The position numbers and the translations under genes are program-made. Shown here one piece after another: positions 37,938-48,282 of a stretch of DNA of 64,000 nt. Source of the stretch: an uncultured Desulfurococcaceae archaeon (GTDB lineage: Archaea; Thermoproteota; Thermoprotei_A; Sulfolobales; NBVN01); assembly GCA_964592745.1 (NCBI GenBank), contig CAZQFL010000004.1:16041-80040 (forward strand), read 5' to 3'. Below the pieces are notes generated by a model. That model saw only the letters and a list, made by a program, of their open reading frames with translations, was not told the origin of the DNA and did no database searches. The stretch's first letter is position 1. Each line of letters begins with the position of its first letter.

Positions 37938-39998
37938 TCAACCCATAACCATACCACCTAAGATTGATATCAGTAGGGCAAGAATGTAAGCTAAAATAAC
38001 CTGGTATAAAGCAGTTATAATTGCGTACTTTAAGCCCAGCTCACTACGTATACTCGCTAAAGTTGCTATACATGGTACATATACTAGAACGAATACCATA
38101 TACGTGAAGCCACTTAACGGTGTGAATACATGAGAGAGAACCTCACGTAGTGATTCCTCACTAGTACCTAACAGTACACCTAGAGATCCTACAATGATTT
38201 CCTTAGCTATAAATCCAAAAATTAAGGCTGCTGTAGTACGCCAATCCCATCCCATAGGTGAGGTGAAAATGCTGAAAACCTTACCTAGGAAGCCTACCCA
38301 GCTCTTGCTTAAAATATCAGGGTTTTCCAGCGCTTCAGGACCTAAGTAACCTGTTGGCCCTGTAACCGATAATAGCCATACAATAACAACACCTAGAAAG
38401 ATTACAGTCCCTGCTTTAATTAGGAAGTGTTTAGTTCTTTCCCAAGTTTTCATTAATACGTTATCTATTCTTGGAGCTAAGTAAGGTGGTAACTCCATTA
38501 TGAATCCCGTAGTTGGCCCTCTGAGTATGGTGCTTCTAAAAAGTAAACCTACACTAAGTGCTAGTATTATGCTTAACCAATACATACTCGTTACGGCTGC
38601 AGCTGCATAAGCACCCATTACAGCACCTGCTATGGTTAAGTACACAGGTAGTCTTGCACTACATGACGAAAGAGGCGCTATCAATGCTGTAACCTTTCTA
38701 TCCTTTTCATCCTCTATAGCTCTAGTAGCCAATACGGCAGGTACATTACAACCAAATCCCATTATTAATGGTATAATGGATTTACCCGGTAGCTTAAATT
38801 TATGAAGTATCTTATCGATAACAAAAGCTAACCTGGCAAGATAGCCTATATCCTCTAGTATAGATAGCACAAAGAAGAAGAGAGCAATTACAGGAAGGAA
38901 AACGAGAACAGCACCCACACCAGCTATTATTCCATCAGCCAATAGAGAGGTGAACCAGATAGGCAGGAATTTTAAGCTTCTAACCCAATCTCTGAGTATG
39001 CCATTTATTAAAACATCAATACCATCACTTAATGGTGCAGATAAATCAAATGCAAATCTAAATAATAGATACATTATTGATAACGCTAATGGTATTCCCA
39101 GTACTTTATGTGTTAGAATAGTATCAAGTATATCAGTCACGTTAATCTTCGCTGTTAAAGAGATTTGCCTAGTGACTAATCTAGCAATTTCCATAGCCAT
39201 TTTAAATTTAACCTCAGTGACGTACTCCTCAACATCACCAACGATTTCCTCAGCCTTGTGTCTTAATTTTGTAAGTTCATCAAGTACTGAGCTACTTACG
39301 TATCTTCTAATTTTACTGGTAATGTCCTCATCTCCTTCAAGAAACTTTATTACTAACCATCGTGATGGGTAACGATTAGTGAGTTCGGGGGAGGATTTCG
39401 TTAGTATTTCCTCCATTCTTGAAATTATCCTTTCTAACTCCTTACCATAGCTTACTATCCTAGCTCTTGATACCTTCCTTTTTATTGAGTTTATTATTGT
39501 CTTCCTTAATTCTTCAATACCGACGTTAGATACCGCTATTGTTGGTATTACAGGTATGCCTAACACTTGTTTAAGCTTATCATGGAGTACCTCATAACCT
39601 TCACTTCTAGCTATATCTATCATGTTAAGAGCAACTACTACATTAGCACCTAACTCCATTATGGAGAGAATGAGATACAAACTCCTCTCTAAATTTGCTG
39701 CATTAGCTATTACAACTACCACGTCAGGCTTTTCTTCGATTATAAAATTACGAGCTATTAATTCATCAACACTATAAGCTGTTAAACTGTAGATACCAGG
39801 TAAATCAACGACCTCAATTTCAGCATTAAGTTCATCAGCTCTAAACCTACCGACTTTCTTCTCAACAGTTACACCAGGCCAATTACCTACCCATGCCTTA
39901 CCCCCAGTTAGTTTGTTAAATATTACTGATTTACCGACATTTGGTATGCCAACTATTGCTACAGTATATTTATGTTTCTTATTTGTTACCTTATCCAT
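37938..39998 (-). CDS. feoB: ferrous iron transport protein B
   Basis: 686 aa. N-terminal G-domain GIPNVGKSVIFNKLTG, DLPG and a NMID-type G4, followed by the polytopic gate/nucleoside-recognition membrane domain. Confidence 0.9.
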   Translation of the reverse strand: MDKVTNKKHKYTVAIVGIPNVGKSVIFNKLTGGKAWVGNWPGVTVEKKVGRFRADELNAEIEVVDLPGIYSLTAYSVDELIARNFIIEEKPDVVVVIANAANLERSLYLILSIMELGANVVVALNMIDIARSEGYEVLHDKLKQVLGIPVIPTIAVSNVGIEELRKTIINSIKRKVSRARIVSYGKELERIISRMEEILTKSSPELTNRYPSRWLVIKFLEGDEDITSKIRRYVSSSVLDELTKLRHKAEEIVGDVEEYVTEVKFKMAMEIARLVTRQISLTAKINVTDILDTILTHKVLGIPLALSIMYLLFRFAFDLSAPLSDGIDVLINGILRDWVRSLKFLPIWFTSLLADGIIAGVGAVLVFLPVIALFFFVLSILEDIGYLARLAFVIDKILHKFKLPGKSIIPLIMGFGCNVPAVLATRAIEDEKDRKVTALIAPLSSCSARLPVYLTIAGAVMGAYAAAAVTSMYWLSIILALSVGLLFRSTILRGPTTGFIMELPPYLAPRIDNVLMKTWERTKHFLIKAGTVIFLGVVIVWLLSVTGPTGYLGPEALENPDILSKSWVGFLGKVFSIFTSPMGWDWRTTAALIFGFIAKEIIVGSLGVLLGTSEESLREVLSHVFTPLSGFTYMVFVLVYVPCIATLASIRSELGLKYAIITALYQVILAYILALLISILGGMVMG

Positions 39999-40275
39999 GA
40001 CTAATAACCCTTACCAATACTTTCATTGCAACACCAAAACCTAAGGCAACTCTCCTACCTATGTCTCCCGATGATGGATCAATAAGGGACACTATTGCTG
40101 GGCCAGGCCCTGGTGACTTCATTACTTTAATGCGAGCACCTTCGTAAAGGCCTAAGTCTCTTAACCTTCTAATTAATCCATGACCTCCAATAATCCTAAC
40201 TATCTGAACCAAGGAGCCCTCACTCACATAAGCTAAAGGTATTAGCTTCTCATTACCTCCCTTACCTGTATGCAT
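39991..40275 (-). CDS. feoA: FeoA-family small SH3-like protein
   Basis: 94 aa. LVQIVRIIGGHGLIRRLRDLGLYEGARIKVMK is the FeoA pattern. Overlaps the feoB start by 8 nt. Confidence 0.8.
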   Translation of the reverse strand: MHTGKGGNEKLIPLAYVSEGSLVQIVRIIGGHGLIRRLRDLGLYEGARIKVMKSPGPGPAIVSLIDPSSGDIGRRVALGFGVAMKVLVRVISHG

Positions 40276-40514
40276 GATGCTTCAGCCCTTCTAATGCTCA
40301 GTGGTAGTCCTTTCGTAAGGACTTCTATGGGATCACCTAACGGCGCTGTCCTCAATACCTTAACAATACTTCCTGGCACTATCCCCATATCCAAAATTCT
40401 CCTCCTAACCATACCCTTACATGCAATAGTCTCTACAATATACTCCTTTCCTATCTCAGCATCAGACAACGGTATTAGTGCGTTACCTGATTTCTTAGTC
40501 TTAAGTGTCGACAT
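40242..40514 (-). CDS. feoA: FeoA-family small SH3-like protein (second copy)
   Basis: 90 aa. YIVETIACKGMVRRRILDMGIVPGSIVKVLRTAPLGDPIEV. Confidence 0.8.
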   Translation of the reverse strand: MSTLKTKKSGNALIPLSDAEIGKEYIVETIACKGMVRRRILDMGIVPGSIVKVLRTAPLGDPIEVLTKGLPLSIRRAEASCIQVREVMRS

Positions 40515-40526
40515 TTTCTATCGCCT

Positions 40527-40547
40527 GTTAGGTTTCCCTAACCTAAC
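40527..40547. promoter_or_regulatory. inverted/direct repeat GTTAGG-TTTC-CCTAAC-CTAAC just upstream of the feoA start (candidate operator)
   Basis: GTTAGG 40527-40532 is complementary to CCTAAC 40537-40542, and CTAAC is repeated at 40543-40547. A TATA-like stretch (plus-strand atatttttaag, ~40562-40572) lies ~25-30 nt further upstream on the feo strand, so the repeat sits at the expected transcription start. Confidence 0.3.
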
Positions 40548-40674
40548 TTATGAAACGATATTTTTAAGCATTATTTTGAGCTGTAGCACAGAAATATTTA
40601 AGTAATATATGACACATAATTTAATTCGAAATTTAGTTATTGAGACTAAAAATTTGTGTGTTAATTATTTAGAG

Positions 40675-41721
40675 CTAAGTGCCATAGCGTAACTTCTTAG
40701 CCATATCTATTAGCTCTGGATGGACAAATTCACCGTTTTCAATTATTTTCTCGCCATCACCCCATACTGTTGGTGATAGACATATTCCATCAGTATGTGA
40801 TGCTGCTGATCCTAGTTTACCCTTAAATGTTGCTGATTGAGATCCTAGTCCCCATTCTACAACACCCCATACTCTCTCATCCTCAAGTATGTTGCCAGTT
40901 AATTTAGCACCTGGATTGCAACCATATGAGATGTGCGCTATTCTAAACATTTTTGGGTCATTGAATGATTTAAGCCACGATTCAAAGATCTTAGCCTCAG
41001 GGCCTCCCTCAATCTTAACAACTTTACCTTCCCTCACATGTAACTTTATGGGGTTCTTAAGGAGACCTAGCTCTTCAGGAGGCCACACAGATCCGTCAAA
41101 TACTATTACACCATTAATGCTATCCTCAATGGGTGCCCAATCAACCTGACCGAATAGCATGTACTCTCCAGGTCCTGATACCTCACCTTCAACTAACACT
41201 GGTCTCTTCGGATCGTTCTCGAACTCAACATCCATGCCTGCTGGTGATGTGATTCTCATATGTCTTGACCTCTTGGTTATTTCAGCAAGCTTTCTCTGGA
41301 ACTCATATAGTAATTCTATGTTGACCTTACCTATGTTCCTGACCATCATATCTGTATCCATACCTACTAAACATATGTATCTCGTCTTACCCACCCTCAT
41401 AGCTTCCTCATAAGGTGTTGAGTATAGTAACCATGACTTATTAAATTCAATCCATACGTCAGACTGAGGTAAAGCTGCCTTAAGTACCTTTAATGGTAAA
41501 TGAGGGTCAGCAGCCTTACCTACTGCTGGTGGTGCTTTATACCATAACACTATGGGCTTAGCACCAAGTTGTGCTGCAGCTTGTGCGGTCGCTTCAACAA
41601 CTCTCCAATCACTCCCAGTATCGGCTGTTATAACGACCTCCTCACCCTCATTAACCTTCAATATATCTTTGACTAGCTTAAGTGCGGCAATAGCTAATTC
41701 TAAATCAAGGCCTTGGGGCAT
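40675..41721 (-). CDS. aminopeptidase-T (M29)-fold protein, NicX (2,5-dihydroxypyridine dioxygenase)-like
   Basis: 348 aa. Overall M29/NicX-like layout with HISYG and SHTDG (an H...H-x-D candidate 2-His-1-carboxylate site, as in NicX). Confidence 0.55.
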   Translation of the reverse strand: MPQGLDLELAIAALKLVKDILKVNEGEEVVITADTGSDWRVVEATAQAAAQLGAKPIVLWYKAPPAVGKAADPHLPLKVLKAALPQSDVWIEFNKSWLLYSTPYEEAMRVGKTRYICLVGMDTDMMVRNIGKVNIELLYEFQRKLAEITKRSRHMRITSPAGMDVEFENDPKRPVLVEGEVSGPGEYMLFGQVDWAPIEDSINGVIVFDGSVWPPEELGLLKNPIKLHVREGKVVKIEGGPEAKIFESWLKSFNDPKMFRIAHISYGCNPGAKLTGNILEDERVWGVVEWGLGSQSATFKGKLGSAASHTDGICLSPTVWGDGEKIIENGEFVHPELIDMAKKLRYGT

Positions 41722-41728
41722 AGATTAA

Positions 41729-42406
41729 TCACCTCCTTACTAAGACATTAAATAGCCCCAACTTAACTAATGCTTCAGCCATTTTTATAGCAGCACCTGA
41801 TGGGTCAACTACAGGTACTTTAACTTTCTCTTGAACTTCTTTAGCCATACCTGCTAACCCAGTACACCCTAAAATTATCACATCAGCACCATCCTTGCTC
41901 ACAGCTTTCTTACTTTCTTCGATGAGGTAGTTAATTACGGTTGTTCTCTCCTTATTTATATCCATAACGCCTAAAGGTATACCTCTAACACTAACGACCC
42001 TATCACTGAAACCTAGTTCCTTAATTCTATCCTCAATCATCCAAGTGGTACCGTACTTTCCTACTGTAACTACAGATAGCTTATTACCTATGGTTGAAGC
42101 TATATGTAATGACGCTTCACAGGGTCCTATGACGGGTTTCTCTATGATACCTCTTAATAATTTAACCCCAGGATCTAAGAAGCAATTTATAATAATTGCA
42201 TCAAAATCTCTATACATATTCCTAGCAACATCGATGACTAAGGGAATGACTTCAGCATGATCTTCTGGTCTTTCAACGGTAGTCGGTCCTTTAGGTAATG
42301 AGATGACTTTTACTTCAGTTTCGCTCGATGCATAACCTTTATATATCTCCTCATCTTGCCTATTCCATGTATCGTGCCCAACAGGATTAATTACTAATAC
42401 CTTCAT
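41729..42406 (-). CDS. Asp/Glu/hydantoin racemase family protein (copy 1)
   Basis: 225 aa. Two catalytic-Cys contexts, IINCFLDPG and ILGCTGLAG, as in hydantoin racemase HyuE. Confidence 0.75.
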   Translation of the reverse strand: MKVLVINPVGHDTWNRQDEEIYKGYASSETEVKVISLPKGPTTVERPEDHAEVIPLVIDVARNMYRDFDAIIINCFLDPGVKLLRGIIEKPVIGPCEASLHIASTIGNKLSVVTVGKYGTTWMIEDRIKELGFSDRVVSVRGIPLGVMDINKERTTVINYLIEESKKAVSKDGADVIILGCTGLAGMAKEVQEKVKVPVVDPSGAAIKMAEALVKLGLFNVLVRR

Positions 42407-43509
42407 GTTATCCCAACCTTCTTAATAAGCTCCTCAACAGGTACATAATCATAATTGAATCCAAACCTCCTTGGACCAAAGTACTTAAGCCCTTTTGGTG
42501 TTCTCCATACTTCTGGAGCCTTTGCAGCTACAGCATTTACTTTCATGCCTTCTTTAAGTTCGGTATTAGTTATAGGTTCACCATCATCTCTTAATAGCAT
42601 GAAAAGGTCCGGAGGCATTACTAAGGGCTTATCGTCTAACCATACCATTATATGTTCATTCATGATCCATGATTTAATTCTATGTCCCTCGTACCTACCT
42701 ATACCTCTTATCACGGCTTCACCCTTGAGGAAGCCACCCTCATTTCTCCACTCATATTTCTCGACAACGCCCTCAAACACTTTCCAGCCATTAAGTACTT
42801 TAACAACCGCCTTGACAGGGTCTTCACCCTTACTTCTAGCATTTAAGACTTCCTCACCAAGTTTCAATGATAGTGATAGTGTCCCCTTAACTATGGCTCT
42901 TCTTGCTTGTTCATAGTCCATTGGTGTATCAACAACTGCGCAGAATCTTCCACTAAGTACTGATATGTATCTAGCTATAGATTCGTAATCATCTATATCG
43001 GCATATTCTTTAACTATAACTATATCGCCCGTTTCGGTGACTATAACTGATGGATACATAGGTATGTCAAATATGTGTACAGTACATTGATGAAGTTCAG
43101 GGGCAGCTCTACCTAATAAGTCACCATCAATTACTGGTAGACCTAATTCTGCAGCAATACTTAAGGCTACAGCAGTATTACCTCCACCTAATTCGCTAGG
43201 GACTATTGCCCCTATTTTCTTTCCTAAGAATTTCTCCATCTCATTAAATGCTCGTCGTATTGGGTCTTTGATCTTAATAGGCTTCCTAGTCTTTAAACCT
43301 GGCGCTATAGACCCAACAAAGTAGGGTACTACTATTAATGCGTCATGTGGTGCCTCATCTATATCAATAATCTTTATAGTCTTACCTGCATTGATAACTC
43401 TCCTTAACATTTCTAAGCCTTCCTTAGGATCACCACCACCACCAGTGCCTAGAATTGTAGTTCCTAGGACGATATTCTTAGCCTGCTCTATTGTTTTTAA
43501 CTCAATCAA
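42403..43509 (-). CDS. DUF917-family protein (hydantoinase-associated family, function not established here)
   Basis: 368 aa. N-terminal GTGGGGDP and later SELGGGNT glycine loops, of the kind I recall for DUF917. Overlaps the racemase gene by 4 nt. Confidence 0.55.
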   Translation of the reverse strand: MIELKTIEQAKNIVLGTTILGTGGGGDPKEGLEMLRRVINAGKTIKIIDIDEAPHDALIVVPYFVGSIAPGLKTRKPIKIKDPIRRAFNEMEKFLGKKIGAIVPSELGGGNTAVALSIAAELGLPVIDGDLLGRAAPELHQCTVHIFDIPMYPSVIVTETGDIVIVKEYADIDDYESIARYISVLSGRFCAVVDTPMDYEQARRAIVKGTLSLSLKLGEEVLNARSKGEDPVKAVVKVLNGWKVFEGVVEKYEWRNEGGFLKGEAVIRGIGRYEGHRIKSWIMNEHIMVWLDDKPLVMPPDLFMLLRDDGEPITNTELKEGMKVNAVAAKAPEVWRTPKGLKYFGPRRFGFNYDYVPVEELIKKVGIT

Positions 43510-43576
43510 GTAGAAATCACCAGAGAATATTTAGACGTAAGGAAATTATTTTTTAATGACCCAATAACACACAATT

Positions 43577-44293
43577 ATGGGGTTTAAATTGCCTAAAATC
43601 TTGATAATAAATCCTGTTGGTACTGACTTATGGAATGATCTAACACTTCAAGCTGTTAAGGAAGTAGTTAATCCAGATACTGAAGTTATCGTTAGAAGTC
43701 TTAAGGGCGCGCCACCAGCAATAGAATGTGACTATGATAGAGATTTAGCAGCACCACACGTCGTTAATGAGGTTATTAAGGCTAGTAAAGAAGGTTTTGA
43801 TGCTATAATAATTAATTGCTTTGATGATCCAGGATTACATGCAGCTCGAGAAGTTACTGATGTCTTAGTCTTAGGTATAGGTGAAACAACTATAACTATA
43901 GCATTATTATTAGGCTATAGAATAGCTATAATATCAACCGGCAAACATTCAAGAAATGTATACTATAGAAGAGCAGTATCGTTAGGTGTAGCCGATAGGA
44001 TAGCATATACCTCAGGTATCGATATTAAGGTATTAGATTTAAGAAAGGATCTAGGTAAGGTTAAGTCAATGTTAATCGAGGAGATTAGTAAAGCAGTTAA
44101 GGAGTACGGCGCAGAAGTTATAGTGTTAGGGTGTGGAGGTTTTCTAGGATTAGCTGAAGAGTTAAGTGAGGAGTTAGGTATTCCTGTCTTAGATCCAACA
44201 CTCACTACTGTAAAGGTAGCTGAAGCACTTATTACGTTAGGCTTAAAGCATAGTAAAGTCTACTTATTCAATAGACTTAAGCATCCTTACTAA
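43577..44293 (+). CDS. Asp/Glu/hydantoin racemase family protein (copy 2)
   Basis: 238 aa. IINCFDDPGL and VLGCGGFLGL Cys motifs. Divergent from the DUF917 gene. Confidence 0.75.
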   Translation: MGFKLPKILIINPVGTDLWNDLTLQAVKEVVNPDTEVIVRSLKGAPPAIECDYDRDLAAPHVVNEVIKASKEGFDAIIINCFDDPGLHAAREVTDVLVLGIGETTITIALLLGYRIAIISTGKHSRNVYYRRAVSLGVADRIAYTSGIDIKVLDLRKDLGKVKSMLIEEISKAVKEYGAEVIVLGCGGFLGLAEELSEELGIPVLDPTLTTVKVAEALITLGLKHSKVYLFNRLKHPY

Positions 44294-44491
44294 ATAGTAG
44301 GTCATCTATCTAAGTTTATGCTTAAACATTATAAGAAAGTCAAACTGAATATTCATACTAATTTTTTATGATGCCCGACGTTAGTGCAGTATATATTAAT
44401 ATTCTGAACTAGCAGATGTTTTTCATGAGATACTCGAGATTTGCAGAAAGAATTAAAACGTGTAGGGAACATGTTTATTGAGGTGTGATCT

Positions 44492-46255
44492 GTGTCCTAT
44501 ATGCTGTATAGTAGTGGTATCTCTAAAACTGCTGCAGTTATCATTGCAATAATAGTCATAATAGCAGTCATAGCGGGTGTTTATGTAGCTATGACATCCG
44601 TACCTAAGCCACCAGCATCACCTTCACCAACCACCTCACCTACTACTCCACCTCCAACCACAACTTCACCAGTAGCATCACCTTCACCATCACCATCCCC
44701 AACTCTAACTAAGCCTAAAGAGAAGACAGTAGTAATTTACGCCTCACTATCTGAAATGACTACAGCTGATCCTAGTACTGAATTCTCGAATTCAGTCATA
44801 TGGCTACCCTTAGTTTATGAACCATTATTATGGTATGACCCATTGGAAGATAAATTCATTCCTGCTTTAGCAGAAAGCTGGGAAGTTAAAGAGAATGGTA
44901 CAGTATGGATTTTCCATATAAGGAAGGGTGCTAAGTTCCATGACGGTACCCCAGTAACTGCTGAAGCTGTTGCTGCGTCCATTAATAGAACTATCACATT
45001 AGGACAGGGAGCAGCTTATATATGGGAGCCTGTAAAGAAGATCGAAGTTGTTGATAAATACACAGTGAAGTTTATACTTAAGTACCCAGCACCACTCAAT
45101 AAGATAGCTTCATCATGCTACGCAGCATATATATTCAGTCCTAAGGTTGTTGAGTATGCTGGTGCTAAGAACTTAACTGACCCTAAGGTAGCTGAATGGT
45201 TTAATGCAGGTCATGACGCTGGCTCCGGCCCCTATAGACTCGTTAAATGGGATCCAGAGAACGAAGTTATACTTGAGAAGTGGCCTGAGTGGTGGGGCTG
45301 GAAGTTACCTGATTACCCAATGAAATCGGATAAGGCACCTGATGTATTCATAATTAAGATAGTGAAGGATGCTGTTACCCAGGAGAGATTAGTATTATCA
45401 GGTGATATACACATAGCGGAGTATGTGCCACTTGACGATGTTGAAATGCTTAAGAAGGATCCAAGAGTACAAGTCGTTATGAAGCCAAGCTTCCAGAATC
45501 TACTCCTACTATTCAATACTAAGAAACCTCCACTAGATAATCCATTGGTAAGGAAGGCTATAGCTCACGCTATTCCATATGACGAGATAGTGAAGGTAGC
45601 TAGAGCGGGTATAGGTAAGGTAGCTAGTGGACCAATACCACATGGTATGTGGGGACACTTCGATAACTTAACATACAAGTATGACTTAGAATTAGCTAAG
45701 AAGCTCCTAGCTGAAGCTGGTTATCCGAACGGAATACCTAGAACACTCCTACTAGTATACACAGCTGGTGACATTTATGAGAAGAGGACAGCTGAATTAA
45801 TTAAGGCTAGCTTAGCTAAGATAGGAATTAATGTTGAAATAAGACCTATGAGCTGGGAGGAGCAGTGGGCATTAGCACAAAGTGGTTGGGAGAATCCAGA
45901 AGCTGCTCAGGACCTATTCATATTCTATTGGTGGCCTGACGTAGTATCCCCAATAACGTACCTGTATAATATGTTCCATAGTGAAAGTAAGGCATTCAAT
46001 CTATGCTACTATGAGAATCCAGAGTTCGACAAGATAATAATGGAGGCATATAAACTTGAAGGTACTAATAAAAAGAAAGCTCTAGAACTATACTACAAAG
46101 CACAAAAGATGCTATATGATGATGTGCCTGCGGTAGCGCTTTGGGATATGGTTGACGTAAGAGTAGCAGTGAAGGGTATAGGCAACTTAGATAAAGCTAT
46201 AAATCCAGCTTACCCAACGACAATATTTGCGCAAGTACTAAGTGTTGAAGGATAA
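44492..46255 (+). CDS. ABC transporter substrate-binding protein, family 5 (Dpp/Opp-type), membrane-anchored with Ser/Thr/Pro linker
   Basis: 587 aa. TM helix, a PPASPSPTTSPTTPPPTTTSPVASPSPSPSP linker, then an SBP_bac_5-like body (WEVKENGTVWIFHIRKGAKFHDGTPVTA). GTG start. Confidence 0.85.
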   Translation: MSYMLYSSGISKTAAVIIAIIVIIAVIAGVYVAMTSVPKPPASPSPTTSPTTPPPTTTSPVASPSPSPSPTLTKPKEKTVVIYASLSEMTTADPSTEFSNSVIWLPLVYEPLLWYDPLEDKFIPALAESWEVKENGTVWIFHIRKGAKFHDGTPVTAEAVAASINRTITLGQGAAYIWEPVKKIEVVDKYTVKFILKYPAPLNKIASSCYAAYIFSPKVVEYAGAKNLTDPKVAEWFNAGHDAGSGPYRLVKWDPENEVILEKWPEWWGWKLPDYPMKSDKAPDVFIIKIVKDAVTQERLVLSGDIHIAEYVPLDDVEMLKKDPRVQVVMKPSFQNLLLLFNTKKPPLDNPLVRKAIAHAIPYDEIVKVARAGIGKVASGPIPHGMWGHFDNLTYKYDLELAKKLLAEAGYPNGIPRTLLLVYTAGDIYEKRTAELIKASLAKIGINVEIRPMSWEEQWALAQSGWENPEAAQDLFIFYWWPDVVSPITYLYNMFHSESKAFNLCYYENPEFDKIIMEAYKLEGTNKKKALELYYKAQKMLYDDVPAVALWDMVDVRVAVKGIGNLDKAINPAYPTTIFAQVLSVEG

Positions 46256-46381
46256 CTTAACTTAGATTTCAAGACTTAAGAAAGCTTTTTATCGCAAACT
46301 TGTTAATTTTTCAAACATATTATATATCGTTTTTAATCAATATTGTATAAGGGTGTGTAGAGATCGGGAAGGGTGATATAA

Positions 46382-47404
46382 GTGCCGGTAAGTAAGGAGT
46401 ACATAGTTAAGAGGGCTCTATCGTTAATTGCTGTAGTATTTGGTGCAGCCATAATAACCTTCGTTATCACTAGAGTTGTTCCAGCAAGACCTGAACTCCT
46501 ATGGGCAGGACCTCACGCAACAATGGAGCAGATAGAGCAAGCCCGTAAGATATTGCATTTAGATGACCCCATATACGTGCAGTTAGGTTATTACTTAAAG
46601 GACCTTATTACGGGTAATTGGGGTATTTCCTGGAGAACTAAATCCCCCGTCCTTACAGGTATACTATCAGCTTTACCAGCAACTTTAGAATTAATCATAG
46701 TGGCATTCGCTATAGCTATGGCAATAGGTATACCGTTAGGAATAATTGCTGCATTAAAGCGTGGTACCTTAGTTGACCACATCTTGAGGGTGGTAACTGT
46801 TTCGGGAGCTTCAGCTCCAGTCTTCTGGTTAGCACTGATTGCTCAACTCGTATTGAGTAATTGGTTAGGATTACTACCATCAGCAAAGAGAGTTGATGAA
46901 ATAATAGTCATTGAGACGGGCTTCAAACCTATAACTGGCTTTTACTTACTTGATAGCTTATTACAGGGCAATATCCCAGTATTTATTGATGCACTGAAAC
47001 ACATAATTCTACCAGCACTGGTTCTATCATTATATCCTCTATGCTTAAGTGCTAGAATGACTAGAGCACTCACTATCGAGGTACTTAATGAATGGCATAT
47101 TAGGAGTGCTTTAGCATGGGGATTACCGAGAAAGGTGGTCCTATATAAGTATGCCCTTAAGAACATTATAGCACCAGTAATAGCTTCTTTAGGTCTTTCA
47201 TTTGGTTACACATTAATAGGTGCATTCATGGTTGAACTAGTCTTTGTATGGCCAGGGATAGGTATGTATGCTGCTATGTCATTACTCAGCTTTGACTACC
47301 CAGCTGTAATAGGATGCGTACTCTTCGTTGCTATATTCTACTCCGTGATAAATACGATAGTGGACATAATCCATGCAATAATTGATCCTAGGGTGAAGTT
47401 GTAA
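46382..47404 (+). CDS. Dpp/Opp-type ABC transporter permease (DppB-like)
   Basis: 340 aa, 6 TM segments, BPD_transp_1 EAA-like region. GTG start. Confidence 0.8.
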   Translation: MPVSKEYIVKRALSLIAVVFGAAIITFVITRVVPARPELLWAGPHATMEQIEQARKILHLDDPIYVQLGYYLKDLITGNWGISWRTKSPVLTGILSALPATLELIIVAFAIAMAIGIPLGIIAALKRGTLVDHILRVVTVSGASAPVFWLALIAQLVLSNWLGLLPSAKRVDEIIVIETGFKPITGFYLLDSLLQGNIPVFIDALKHIILPALVLSLYPLCLSARMTRALTIEVLNEWHIRSALAWGLPRKVVLYKYALKNIIAPVIASLGLSFGYTLIGAFMVELVFVWPGIGMYAAMSLLSFDYPAVIGCVLFVAIFYSVINTIVDIIHAIIDPRVKL

Positions 47405-48282
47405 TGGTTTTTGAAGAGGCTAAACTAATATTTCGTTTAATTAAGATGAACCCTATCTCAATGGCGGGCCTAGTAATTGTTGTAGGATTCATTATTTTAG
47501 GGATAATAGCGCCATACATCACACCATATCCTCTGGATGCTTGGGGCCTCACATATAATGTTGAGAAGAGGTTCCTACCTCCATCTCTAGAGCATCCCTT
47601 TGGTACAGATGAGATGGGAAGGGATGTGTTCAGTAGAGTTATCCTCGGTGCTAGATTTTCATTAATAATTGCCGTCGGGGTAGTCGGTCTAGCTCTACTG
47701 ATCGGGATACCGATAGGGTTAATTGCAGGATATTTAGGCGGACGTATCGCTACGATATTGATGAGGATAACAGATATGTTCTTAGCTTTTCCACCTTTAC
47801 TTCTAGCTATAGCATTAGCTGCTACACTGGGTAGAGGATTGATAAATGTAATAATCGCATTAGCGATATCATGGTGGCCCTGGTATGCAAGATTAATATA
47901 TGTTCAAGTTAATTCAATAAAGAACCTACCTTATGTCGATGCTGCAAGGATTATAGGCTTAACTCCTATCAAAATAATGTTAAGGCATGTTCTCCCTAAT
48001 GCATTAACCCCCGTTACCGTTCAAGCAGCTCTCGATATGGGATCAGCAATACTTGAAGCAGCTGGACTTAGCTTCCTAGGTGTCGGAGTTAAACCACCTA
48101 TCCCGGAATGGGGACTATTAGTAAGTGAGGGCTGGACTTCAATCAATATAGCTTGGTGGATTAGTTTATTTCCTGGTCTAGCAATCCTAGTTACCGTGAT
48201 AGGGTTTAACTTACTCGCCGATGCTGTACGTGAGGCTATGGATCCAAGACTAAGAAAAGCCATAATCATGAGGAGGGTGTGA
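47404..48282 (+). CDS. Dpp/Opp-type ABC transporter permease (DppC-like)
   Basis: 292 aa. HPFGTDEMGRDVFSRV N-terminal motif typical of DppC/OppC. Confidence 0.8.
   Translation: MVFEEAKLIFRLIKMNPISMAGLVIVVGFIILGIIAPYITPYPLDAWGLTYNVEKRFLPPSLEHPFGTDEMGRDVFSRVILGARFSLIIAVGVVGLALLIGIPIGLIAGYLGGRIATILMRITDMFLAFPPLLLAIALAATLGRGLINVIIALAISWWPWYARLIYVQVNSIKNLPYVDAARIIGLTPIKIMLRHVLPNALTPVTVQAALDMGSAILEAAGLSFLGVGVKPPIPEWGLLVSEGWTSINIAWWISLFPGLAILVTVIGFNLLADAVREAMDPRLRKAIIMRRV

Noticed and set aside
38950-43000. Long antisense ORFs 38950..39372(+), 40270..40605(+), 40889..41413(+), 42045..42260(+) and 42455..42916(+)
   Set aside because: They are embedded opposite feoB, feoA, the NicX-like gene, the racemase and DUF917. 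The translations are Ser/Leu/Pro-rich shadow-frame products with no independent signals.
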